Shown here: piece by piece, positions 38,001-50,300 of the stretch
How the letters are laid out: each line of letters begins with the position of its first letter
Position numbering within the stretch: the stretch's first letter is position 1
NCBI GenBank assembly: GCA_051294905.1
Contig: CM119372.1
Location: forward strand, 8,122,001-8,186,000
Length of the DNA: 64,000 bases
Direction: 5' to 3'
Source: Botryllus schlosseri
Lineage: Eukaryota
Translations under genes and position numbers: made by a program
The notes under the pieces: model-generated
The model's database searches: none
What the model was told of the DNA's origin: nothing
The model's input: only the letters and a program-made list of their open reading frames with translations

Positions 38001-39897
38001 ATAGCTCGTACATCACAGTCACATAATGTGTTTCCAAGATTGCACCCAGTACTAACACCATTAGTCGTTTCTTTTGTTATTACAGAGGTACATTACACAA
38101 TTTCAAAAGATCACTGATAAAATTCTGCAAACCCTCTTCACAAATCTACCACACAATGATATCAATCAATTTGAGTTACTTTACTAGCTACTTTTGGCAT
38201 GTCTTGGAAATCACTACTTCCAGCTGTAGCCTCTACTTCAGTGGTTCTCCAACTTTTTTAGACATGCCCCCCCTCTTTGATAGTGAAAAATTTCGCGCCC
38301 CCCTTATCGTCACATCACACAACGAAACCACAATGCTAGCAATCCAAACAGATACTTTAATGGCATAGAAGACTATTGATGAGAGAATTCTCAAATATGA
38401 AATTCGGACTATACACAGAGCAAGAACCATGAACTGGAGGTATATCGCTCGAAGCGCAAAATTTTTTCCAGTTGACTGCAACTTCGCGCCCCCCAGTTTG
38501 AGACGCTCTGCTCTACTTGAATAAAAATAAACAGCATTTCACTTCCATTTGAGTAACACCAATTGTTTCAACGGAGTGGTAAGATCGACAAATGAAACAT
38601 GACATGCCTTTTTGTCACAAGCATATTATATTATGGAAAAATAGACTGTGAAGCGACTTTAATCTGGCCATTTCAAAATAATAGTCTACTCCACGAAGTT
38701 CAAAATACCTAGAATCCAAAGCAAGTGATGTCACTAAATTATATCGGTATGATTGATTTGTAATTGTGTAGCTAATAAAAATGACACTAAGATATGTCTT
38801 ATTGTCCATCTGGTGAAACTGTCATTAGCATCCACATAGTTCACTTGCTTCATTCTGAAACCATCAAGTTTTATGAAGGGATCAAGGGTGGATATTCATA
38901 ACCATTAAGGCCTTGGGCACTAAATAAAAATAGAAAAGGAACATTACCTTTATCTGCTAATTGAAAAGCAAGACTCTTTTTTGGCCCATTTGAAATCCAA
39001 TTCGCAGAATCTGCCAGAAGTCCGTGTTGCAAAAGCACTGCGGGTCTCCGTGTCAAAGGCACTTGGGAACTTGGTAGGTTTATCCTATGCAGTCCCAAAA
39101 TGTAGCCATCTTTCGTTTTGACAGAATGCTCTTCAACCGGATAACCTTCAAGACGAGCGCTATGGTGAAGAAATCTTTGTGTTTGTATTTACCACTAACC
39201 CGGATTCCAGAGTGGTGCTTATCCAAGCTAACCCGACCTTACGCCTAACCCTAACGCAAGCTGGGTCTAGTGTATTTTCTTAATTACAACAGCATGACCA
39301 TCACCAATAAGGGTTCCCAGTTAACATGTCAAAAATTATTATTGTGGATAAGAAAGTAGATTAGATCAAGACCCTTCTTATTAGTCTACGCAGCCGCTCT
39401 AGCCAGGGACCAGGGTAAATAGAAAGAAGTACGGTAGGCTAACTTACCATAGCTTTTAATTATTTGAGGTACAGTCATAAAGCATTCCTGGATAACATTA
39501 TCTTCTTCCTTGGAATCAGATTCTTCACCCCAACTTTCAATTTTTTGTTGGATAGAACGAACGAGATTGTCTACCGAGATGGCATCATCCTCCTTTTTTA
39601 CTTTTCTTCTGGAAACACTGTCCCGTACAAAATAATAAACCATGAAGGTATGTTTTAAAGTAATACACGATATGCTATCAATTGAATAGTATATTTATAT
39701 CGCAATGATTCCGAATATTTTCGGCTGACACTCGTCAGGGGTAATCGGCAGCAACTAGTAGAGAATTGTGTAGAATTGTAGAGTGCATACCTTTCTGCAA
39801 TATAAGATCGCACGAAAAATCCGCAAATAAGGCCCGCGGTGAAAATAATACTTTCTTTCTTGAGCAGCTTCAGTTGCATTTCGCTCGTCAATATCAT
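35078..39897 (-). CDS. Acid/gastric lipase family (LIPA/LIPF-like alpha/beta hydrolase), 462 aa, 7 exons: 39897-39791, 39608-39448, 39145-38948, 37281-37088, 35928-35730, 35672-35485, 35419-35078
   Basis: All phases are consistent. Motifs: GYPVEEH..T.DGYIL, VLLQHGLL, DVWLGNVRGNTYSR, GHSQ|G (Ser), PAGTSVQN, DWFAD (Asp), WDHLEF (His), so the catalytic triad is intact. Confidence 0.93.
36703..37012. mobile_element. Probable hAT MITE in lipase intron 4
   Basis: CAGGG...CCCTG ends; near-perfect 8-bp flanks GTATATGC / GTATATGG; the TIR match beyond 5 bp is weak. Confidence 0.5.
37330..37530 (-). mobile_element. Old L2-type LINE ORF2 C-terminal fragment (second family)
   Basis: MYKFNKQQVPNSLVNYF...HNYGTRS...CAGIYVWNKL matches the L2 ORF2 end pattern. 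Confidence 0.65.
38239..38510. mobile_element. hAT MITE in lipase intron 3
   Basis: CAGTGGTTCTCCAAC start, degenerate right end, perfect 8-bp TSD CTCTACTT. Confidence 0.8.
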
Positions 39898-40918
39898 GTC
39901 ATACTATTCTCACCATACAATATCAGCCATCGACTGTAAAGTTCATGTGTTGAGTGTTTACATACGCCAGAATCAGGGAACTTGATATTTTTAGATATCC
40001 CTGGCCAGAATGCATTCGGATTACGTAATCACACAACATGGTGGTCACACTGGCGTAGGTCCCAGGAGTTATCCAATGAGTCGTGTGAAGTTGCAGCTAA
40101 TGAATGTTTCGACCCAGTTGCAAACATACCAGTTAGCAATCGGTAATATGGCATAAATTATGCGTGGAACTGAGCCACTGCGTACAATGGCACCATTCAA
40201 TTTTCAACAACCACCGATTCCGGACGCGTATTCGTAATGTTATAGCTCCTACAGTATTCACCGCCGCGCACTTTCAGATTCGGTTTTTACGTTTATTGAC
40301 TTTGGTTGCGCAGTTTGCACTGTCGTCACATATTGAACGTGTAACTCTGAGCTGTGTCAACGACTTCCGGACATGTTTCGAGCCAAGGATTTCGACCATC
40401 CTCACCTCGCATTGCGCCGTATGATAATTAAGCTAATGGCCATGCATAATCGAGTCCCAAAGCGTGTCAGTATTCCAGGGGTAATTGAACTATACCAGCC
40501 CTACCGATGAGGACACCTACAGTCGTAGATTTCCACTCATTGACCTTACAAAACCGTCGTTCCGACCCTAGACCGAGCAAACTACTATCATATTCTGATT
40601 CTGCCATAAGTGATGAGCGTCAAACCAATTTGCTGCATGTCAGATGTCGTTTTTAATTCAACAGGTCGATTCACTTGTTGCGTGGATGGAAAGAAATGAT
40701 ACTGTAACACACAAAAATTGGAAAATACACACAAAAGGTAAATGTATTGCAAATTCACTCATGTAACTGGATATACCACGAGGTGGAAACCTCGCCAGTT
40801 ATTCCAGACACCCGAAGTAAAAAGACAATGGCAGATAACAAAAGTCGAAAACGAAATCTGCGGTACGGGTACCGTACTATCACAAGAATGTGCATTTCCC
40901 GTGACAACGTACGGGCTA

Positions 40919-41137
40919 TCAATGTGGTTGGGGATCCGGAATGCAAACTTTTGCTTGCAAGCCCTTCTGTCCTTTTTCGGGAACTACTGATACCATTTGT
41001 CCTTCTACCAGAGTTTTGAATCCACTACCAGCGATGGCCGAGTGGTGAACAAATATGTCAGGTCCACTTTCAGGGGTGATAAATCCATAACCCTTATCTT
41101 CGTTGAAGAATTTCACGGTTCCACGAACTTCAGTCAT
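40919..41137 (-). CDS. Stand-alone cold-shock protein (bacterial CspA-like), 72 aa, intronless
   Basis: [64 protein letters not shown]...: full Csp pattern, no other domain. The ORF-track start at 41194 is GTG; the ATG at 41137 is preferred. Confidence 0.94.
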   Translation of the reverse strand: MTEVRGTVKFFNEDKGYGFITPESGPDIFVHHSAIAGSGFKTLVEGQMVSVVPEKGQKGLQAKVCIPDPQPH

Positions 41138-42459
41138 TCTTTTTTTAAAACTTTGACCGTACGGAGACTTAAACGAGGAGAAGAGACCGCTCACGAATAC
41201 GATTACTTTTCAGTGTGGCGAAATACGAGACAGAGAACGCATGTTCACTAATTTACGACCTCCTGTGGGCATGGCGAGTCGCTGAGCCATGATTCATCAA
41301 ATTTATCACCATGAATTTTATAACATCCACCACTCCATATTTATTAGTTGCTATCCGAAGGAGAAGAATTAAATATAGGTTATGGAATATTATTGGACTT
41401 TATAACAAGTTTCAGCATTTAATTATGATGTCGCATAGCATTGGGCTGTAGTCAATAGGACTTTCTAGCAAATGTCCAGTTACAAAAGCTTATAATATTT
41501 GTTTAGGTCCAATGCAATTTTCATGAAATAATTTGCAGTCATACAAATGAAATATGGTAAAACTATAATACGACAATCTTCTCACAAAATCCGGTAAGAC
41601 TATAATAATTAACAAAAGAAGAAAGCGAAATGTATTTCTTGTTCTGTTTGGCGCAGCTAGTGGGAGAATTGGCATTTATTGGCCATTTGTTTTTGAAAAT
41701 CAACTATAACGAATTTGGTCCGTATTCTTATTCGCTCCAAATGTCCGCATTCGGATCACGGTCTGTCAGTTGAGTAGCACTGTGCGTAGATTGTCGGATT
41801 CCCAATTTTCGGAATCCTTAATCAATTCTCAATCCGGCACCGGTCCGAAAAAATACTGGTGGTAAATTTCCAACTCATAGTCCGAAATAATGCTGCTAAA
41901 ATCAAATAATTTGTTCATGTTTCACTGAGAAAATCCAGTTAAAATCCGACTTACAAAGCAAATTAAAAATCCGGACCCAGTCCGGCTACATTAAAAATCG
42001 ACGAAATCCGCCACCCACTCATGTTCTTCCGGCGAACTGGTCCCGTCCTTCCCTGACCTTGTTCTATAATTAATATCGCATTTCATGTGTGTGATTTTCG
42101 CCAATATATTTATCGCTTAATTCAATCTTGCTCCCGCCACCGTAAATGGCGGGTATTGATCCGTTTATATTCGTTTATATTCGAGGTGACCTAAGTCGCG
42201 AATGTATTTATTTTCAATTTCATGTTTCCTTTCCCATGATACATGGATGAATAAAATACTTGAAACCCAAAAGTGGCTCAGGGTACCATAGACTGCAACG
42301 CTCTGAGACTTTTCCAACAATTTAAACTGTAGGAAAATATGTCTGTGAATAATGTCAAAACACAGCAAGTGTTGTTTGAGCTGACCTGTTCTTTCGAAAC
42401 AGTAAAGTTCTCGACAAACGGTCAAGTATCATGGTAAAGTTTATTCATAAAATTTTATC

Positions 42460-44095
42460 AATTCAAAACATCACAAGACTGCAATACAATGAATGATAGG
42501 AAGATGCCGAAACGACTAGGAGTAGTCTTTGAGATTATAGACACCCACCTGAACCTAGACGATGTAAAGAGGAGGCATGCGTCCACATCGTCCAAATATC
42601 ATATGATCGACCGAAAAGATCATCTCTCCATCAAATATGCCGGAGTTGATGTGCGGAACAGTATCCCGCCGGCCATCCGACAGTCGACGAGCATGGCCAC
42701 ATTCAAGTCGAAATACTAGCAACTACTTCTAAATAAATACTAGTCCATCCTCAACATTACCGGACCAAGACCTGACCTATCGATCTCGCCTTCCTTGACA
42801 TGTCACCCCATATTTTGTCGCTTGCTTTTTTCTATACTATCTTATTTTACTTTCCATTGAGTGGGCATGCCTCCTCTTTACATCGCCTAGGCCAGTGGTT
42901 CCCAACCGGGGGGGAATTCCCCCCTTGGGGGGAATTTTGAAATTTTTAGGGGGGAATCTGGCTTAATTTTTTTAGGGGAAATCTGGCTTTGGCATTGTAT
43001 CGGAAGATACACTGGGTTCACAAGGTTTTTAGATTTTTATGGTATAGAACTGTTAAGTAGAAATTAGTTCTTTGCAATTGTATGTTTCTTTGGCGGATTT
43101 CAAGCTAGGTGAATGCTTAAATGTCTTCCGTAGATATTACGCCCCCTGATAAAGTGGGGCTCACGAGACGATTTCGTTAGGTCCGCGACAACCTCTCGAC
43201 GACCAAATTGCTACTAAGCAGGAAAACTTCAAGCCGAATTCAGCACAAGGCCGCTAGTAAATTGTTTAACTTTTTAAGCCAACATATGATCTAACGTGAA
43301 AAACATAACGTACCAAATTCATAGATTCAACTCAAGTCCATAGCAAGCGGACTTGGTGATTTATTTTTCGTCAGCGGCTACCCGACCGGTCAAAAACAAG
43401 TCAAATTTGACTGTACTTTACCAAAGTTTAGTGCGGTCCGCCTACGCCATAGTTCGAACATATCTGAATATGTTTGGCCATTAATTGCTCAATCAACAAA
43501 TGTTTGCGCGTTAAAAAGCACATTTTTTTTAGTCACAGGCAACTTTTTCATAGGGGGGAATTTTAGCTCAAATATCGGCCAAGGGGGGAACGAGACGAAA
43601 AAGGTTGGGAACCACTGGCCTAGGCCAAGGTGGGTGTCTGATTCATCCATAGACTACTCCAATCGCTTCGACACCTCCCTATCTTTTCATTGTATCGCAT
43701 TTTTGTGGTGCATTGAACTGATAAAAATTGCTAATAAACCAATGATGATGATGATGATGCACACTGAATGAAAGTAAAATAAGATAATATAAAATGGCAA
43801 GCGATGAAATCAGGTGGCAAGTAACGGAAGGCGAAATCGATATGTCTGGTCGTGGTCCGGTAAATGGTGAGGACTGACTAGTATTCATTCAGTAGAAATG
43901 ACTCGTATTTCGACTTGAATGTGGACATGCTCGACGACTTTCGGATAGTCGACGAGATACTGTTCCACACTTCAGGTCCGGCATATTTGAATATAGATAA
44001 CTAAGGTAAACCGGTTTACCTTAGTTATATATAATTTGATAAATCGATGGATCTTTTTTGTCCACCATATGATAGTTAGACGACGTGGACGTGCA
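42460..44095. mobile_element. Cluster of three L2 3' fragments (-: ~42460-42560; +: ~42558-42892 continuing at 43618-43758; -: ~43760-44095)
   Basis: Shared ORF2 tail and UTR motifs in alternating orientations; the plus copy is split by a hAT MITE. Confidence 0.85.
42893..43617. mobile_element. hAT MITE nested in an L2 3' UTR
   Basis: TIR CAGTGGTTCCCAACC / GGTTGGGAACCACTG; perfect TSD GCCTAGGC. Confidence 0.93.
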
Positions 44096-44367
44096 GCTTA
44101 GTATAATTGTTCTTGTACTGTACATACATGCTTGTGAAGGTTTTGGGATTCGGAGCGTGTCTTCATAAAATTGTTTCCGTAAGTCTCCGGCAAGTAAGTA
44201 GAGAAAAAACTTCCGGTCTGCTCAACACCACGATAGGTAAAGAAGGACCACCCAGCTCAAACGCACGTTGGCGCCCTTCATCAATGCTGTGAATGGTATT
44301 TCTGAAATAACAACAACAACACTACATCCGTAGTCACTCGACAATCGGGTTCTACTTTTTGTGCTAG

Positions 44368-47300
44368 GGAATGTGAGATGCAAACCTCTGCGGCAAATGA
44401 GAGATCCCCGGAATGCGGTAAGAAATGGAAATATGTATTTATTTATCGTTAATTCCTATATGCTGTTAGACAGTTCATCATTTACTGGCACCACCAATGT
44501 CAACCAGTAGCACTCTGTGGTCAAGTGAAATTCAGATTATTTTTAAAGATTATTACCGGTATATTAAATTTCATCTAATCAATGCACCACAAGATTGCGA
44601 TACAATGAAATGATGGAAATTTATATAACTCAATGATATATTTAGAACGTATATTACTATATAGATTCTATATGAAGTCGATTTCGACATTACAGATGAA
44701 AATTTGGTGATTTCATTTTTTTTTTTCATTTTCAACTGACATCGCAAGACCTAGTTGCACTTTTAGTTTCAGATAAAGCCGATAATGGGGTCAATTAAAG
44801 TGAAATTCGTGTGAATCTTGATTTATGAGTGCAAAGTTAACTGGCATAGATTGTGTAAGTCTCCAATATGTTGATGGTTTTTATTTTAGCCTGTACTTTT
44901 ACACTTGAACAGCAACACTGCATTAACACTGCAGTGAGTAGATTGAACGGAATTGACATGTACAACTTTTTAACAGGATGTGTAAATGAGACCAAAGCCT
45001 TCTTGAGCAGTCCTGTCTATTACATATTTGTGGTAGTTGTGACAATAATCATCTTCACTGTGCTACTTGTGGAACTTATTATTGATGCACTGCTATACAC
45101 AAGTAAGTTGAGCATGTTTACCTACGGTACTTTCAGATTGCACGAAATTATAGACCGTGTTTTGATGACTTTAGATGATTATGAGAACTATGATGAACTC
45201 AGAAAAGTATCGATTGCGCTACATTGGTTTGCGTTTGCTGTACTGGTCGGATTCCTGATTGAGGTATTTGAATGAATACGGTACTTTATTTGCACTGTAC
45301 ATGTATTCTGTTGAGTGGTGGCACTACTTGATGACACTTTGATATCAATTGATGCTGGTCAGACTTGTGTATTGTCTAGACCGGTGGTTTTTAACCTTTT
45401 TTCTCCAGCGCCCCCTTTAAAAAATTGCCTGGGTCGGCGCCTCCCTATTTAAGGACTGTAGTAAAAATTAAGGGCGGAAGTCCGGTTTCTGGTTGGGACT
45501 TCACTATTAGAACACTCGACTAATTAACGGTCTATTTGTATGTGCTATGTTTTACCAACTATCGGGTAAGGCCTACGGGCTCATAGCATTTGGTTCGAGA
45601 TCGATGTACATATCCCAAATTCTCCTCTGCTATTGGCAATACGGTGAAGTTAATTGTATTTAGTTTTGTTTTATTGCTCTGTATGACTGCTGAATCAACT
45701 GAAAATGTGGTAGAGATTTGCACACATTAAATTTAGTCCTGCACCAAGCTCTTAACTTCAACATGAATTGGGGCAACAACACTAAGCAGTATCATCCTTT
45801 ATGATACGATGAAGAAATATTATGACGATATAGTTTTGTAGCTCTCAAATACAAGTATATTTATTTAATCATTTTGGCCTTAAAGCTTCGAAACATGTTT
45901 AATGTACAAAGGGCATCACTCTCCAAAGTTGTACAGTAGCCTACAGTGCCTTTTCAATTTGCAGTGCGCTGCAGGATACAATACCTAGTTCAAAACATTT
46001 TGTGGAAAATAACCCAAGCTATTGGTATAAGCATCAGTTTATTAATATTTTCATCATTTCAAAACGCCACAAAACTGCCCTACAATGAAAAGATAGGAAG
46101 GTGTCGAAACGACTTGGAGTAGCTAGCGTCACGGCAGTGTTATAAGGGGGAATTGGCAATCCAAAAGTACGCCAAATTCCTTTTACATGAATTAAAATCA
46201 CCCGCTGCATTCATTGAAACAGGGTCGGTGGATATTTCGCTATGAGCGCAACGAAAAACGTGATTTGACAGATTTTGTCGTTTGTTAGTTTTCAATGAGA
46301 ACTCAGGGATATATAGAACTATTGTTCTACTAAATAATCTAAGAGCTTCTTGGAGGTACAGAACTTCAATATACAATTGACGTCATACATACATACATAC
46401 ATACATACATATGACGTCATATTGCGAGATACGATTGTTGATATACAAGGTTCTTTCCAATTCTCTACTAGTTGCTGACGATTACCCCTGACGAGTGTCA
46501 GCCGAAAATCTTCGTGTTCATTTCAATATGAATATACTGTTCAATACTAAATAATCTAAAGTCCTTACTAGCCTACATAATGCGCCCCCCCCCCATTTCG
46601 CCCCCTGAGCGTTTCCGCCCCCTTCAAAATCCAAATCGCCCCTAGGGGCGCTGGAGACTAGATTAAGAACCACTTGTCTAGACCAGTGCTCTTCAACCGG
46701 GGTTGTCGTACACCCTAGGGTGTACCAGAATTTGCAAAGGGTGTACCACTCGGATGGGGTGTACAGGGGTGTACCAGATCCGAATTACAATGAGCCGATT
46801 GCTAGCTATCACAAAGGCAGGTTTATGGGTCAGTACAGGTTGACGCACAGATTGATGAGCAATATTGTACGATGTTATCTCAGGTGTAATACTGTACACC
46901 GCTTGATTGTGATGTCATAAGCAAATAATTCTCCTATTCATTTGGCCGTCGGCAATAGACCAATGGTTCCGTTTGGTGTTGGAAAGTATGCAGTTAACAA
47001 ACATGTGTTCAGCTAGTCATTTGTCTTTTAATGATTTTTGAGGGAACCGCCGCGATAGCTCAAACTTCTTGAATCGGTACTTCCTACCCGACTAATAAAC
47101 ACCGCAATGCACTTGCACAATGCACATAAATGAAGTGACGTAGCCAGCCAGGGTCGAAACAGCTTCCATGTTGAAATCGAAACCCTTTCGTTTTAAAATG
47201 CCGATTTTATGTCCAATATTTCGCCATGCATTTGCAATTTAGTATTTTGTTATTAGTGATGCAAATTAGCGACAATAGACTGTGTATAGCGGCATACGAT

Positions 47301-50300
47301 CTGAGGTTACTGACATCTCCTAAAACCCATGTGCTACTATCGCCTGTGTGTGGTGTGGGGCAGGCCTGGTACGCAGTAGGCTGGTGCGCCTGCTATCATT
47401 GCTGATCTGAATTACCGCTTCTGCAGCAGTAGTTTTACCTACTCTCTCCCCAATACTGTTACATTCAGGTTGATTATCGTTCGTAATGTCATGCTGTTTT
47501 TGGGCTGACACGAAATAAAATTCCAATTTGCGTGGCGGCCGGCCTAACTAGCTGCGAATAGACTCTGACCAAATACTATTTTATTCAAATCCAAATTTTT
47601 TGACGGCAATAACTCCGCTTCTACAGGTTGGAATTGAACCAAATTTGAAGAACATCGCTTTTATAGACAACCTAATACTTTCATGGAGTGAACAGAAAAA
47701 TTTGAAATTTTTCGTTATTTATTTTTATATAATAAATAGAAACTTTCTTCTCCCGTAGCAATGCGGCTACTGGTTGGAATTAAGAAAATTTGGTGTGTAG
47801 GCTTGCGTTAGGTAACCTATCAATTTTATGAAGTAGCCAGTACGATTTGAGAAAAATTTTTGAAGACCCCTAATGAACAGGGGTGTACGAGTTTTGAGCA
47901 AACGTCAAAAGGGTGTACCATGTCGAAAAAGGTTGAAGAGCACTGGTCTAGACTAAGGACATGGTCAGCCAGCAATAGCAGAACATACACTATATACATT
48001 ACTTGGCTTGGTTAAGAGCGAGCTGTTATTGTGGTACCGTATCAAAATGTTTTACGCTGTCTTTGAAATTCATTTGCTATTAACCACCACTTTTCGCGTA
48101 GGTCATTACACGGATATTGGCATGGAGAACTGGGATATTCAAGGATTGCATTTTAGTGAGTCTGTTGACTTTCTGAGTATGATAAATCATTCTATTGCAT
48201 CTGCAATCCAGCGCCCTCCAAGTGGGGCACAGAATGACATATTTCATGCATTTCGAATGTTTTTCTGTCGTTGAGTAAGGCATAGGAATGGTGAAAACTA
48301 CTTGGTTGAATTAAAGGTGTATGCGTTATCATTTAGTATCCCTGTTTATGAATTTGCATCAGGAATAACATGGTTGGGTTGTAAAATGGGTTTTAAAATA
48401 AATAAAGCCGGTTACGACCAATTCATTTCTGCACTGCTATTTTCATGTTTTTAAGTCTGTATATATGTTTCCATTACTGGCAAAAAATTACGGTAGTACA
48501 TTTGATCTCAAATTGTTAGGGCCTAGAATGATGTATGTAGGGCACGTAGGAAGACGTGATATCGATTAGTACACCGAATAATGTTGTTTTGATACCATTG
48601 AGAGTTTTCCCCTTCGTGGCCTACAAGGCTCTTCTCATCTTTCAATGCGCCATACTTTGGTCAGAGCCTTGAACAACAATTCTATAAATCTATAAATCCA
48701 GAGTTGGGAGTAGAAGTTATTTATTCATTTAAAATATCATAAAATTAATTGTGTGTTGTGACGAAGTGGCCCTGTTATCTGTGTATATCTGATTCAAATT
48801 CTAAATTGGCATATCTCACTACATCCGAAACTGCTTTATTGGGCCAAAAACTTGAATTGGAACAGAAATTGTAGAATTTTGGTTATTTGCGGGAAAAGCT
48901 ATACCTTTTAGACCAGTGGTTCTCAACCTTTTTGGCTTCGCAGACCCCTTTTGACCGTCACGGACCCTCGCGGACCCCCTCAAGTTTTAGTTCAATTTTA
49001 GCTCTATTATGGTGCAACCTTCATATCTGTCTTGTGCAAATATGAACTGTAGGCTTGTGATAAACAGCAAAATAATGATTTTTCTTGAAAATAACATCAT
49101 ACTATTTATGTAGAAATTGATAGACTTTTAATATTTCAAAGCTACTTTTGCTGCTGTATTTCTTGAAGTTCGTGGTCGTGTCTTGAAAATCCGCGTCTTC
49201 GTTTTGATATGAACGAGTAGTGCCGAAAACCATTTCCGCAAAGATAGAGGGAGGCTAATGCAATATTAACGCATAACGCTTCCGACGACGCTTTTGGTGT
49301 GATCGTAACATTTATGGCACCAAAATGAAGAAACATATATTTTATGAGCATATCACGTCCAGCATCTAGCGCAGCGACGGGCAACATACGGACCGCGGGC
49401 CGGATTGTGCCCGCGACGGCATTTTGATCGGCCCACAGAGAGTTTCTAACGTCAAAGTGATATCTTAATCTGAATGTATAGACAAATTTTATGCGCCAGA
49501 TAATGGATCCAAGTTTTCCAATCTGAGAAAGACTGTCATGAAACGGGTTTACATCTATATTTACGAGCGAACAGTTTCGACCATGAACATTTGAACATTA
49601 ACAAGACAAGGCTGCATAGCAATTTATCTGGCGTAATGCGTAATGCTTTGATAGCAACGAAACACTCTTTATTCATCAAAAAACCAGCCTTGTCGATATA
49701 GGGCATCCGCAATAAGAATGCGCCAAATCTGATAGCCGAGCTTTAAGAGCGGGCATATCATTGTCCGATTTATGACGAGTGTCAGCCGAAAATATTCGGG
49801 TTCATTTCAATATGAATATACTATTCAATTGTATATTGAAGTTCTGTACCTCCAAGAAGCTGTTCAAATAGTGGTTATGTATATCACAAGATAAAATGGA
49901 TTTCGTGGCGAGGTTTCAATCCCTGCATTGGGACAAATTAGGGAAATACTTCGGAAATTTTTATTTCAAACGACTGTACACTAATTTGATGAGACTAACA
50001 ACTTCAAATCGAGAAGGTTTCGCAGATACCTATTACAAAGTCACCCTGATTGACGTTACTATCTCCATATTTTTTTTTTTTTCACACCCCAACAATACGT
50101 CTCTAAACAGCAATATGTATGTATCAGCTGGTTAATGGAAAATTGGCAATGAAAATGAATTTCCACACTACGATAGTTCATGTCAGAAGATTATGATGAT
50201 GATATGAGTCATGAGGTTTTAGCAGTTGTGGTGCCAAACTGCTTCATGCTTTCTCAAATTAGAAAAATAAAATAAAAATTATGTTATCAACCATTTTAAA

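Noticed and set aside
28426-41137. Bacterial contamination as the explanation for the Csp ORFs
   Set aside because: Both are flanked closely by animal repeats or a spliced gene, with no neighbouring bacterial ORFs or Shine-Dalgarno; read-level confirmation is still needed.
44868-44976. N-terminal part of the 135-aa ORF as real coding sequence
   Set aside because: TTG start; a good acceptor at 44976 and a phase-matched upstream exon indicate that this part is intron.
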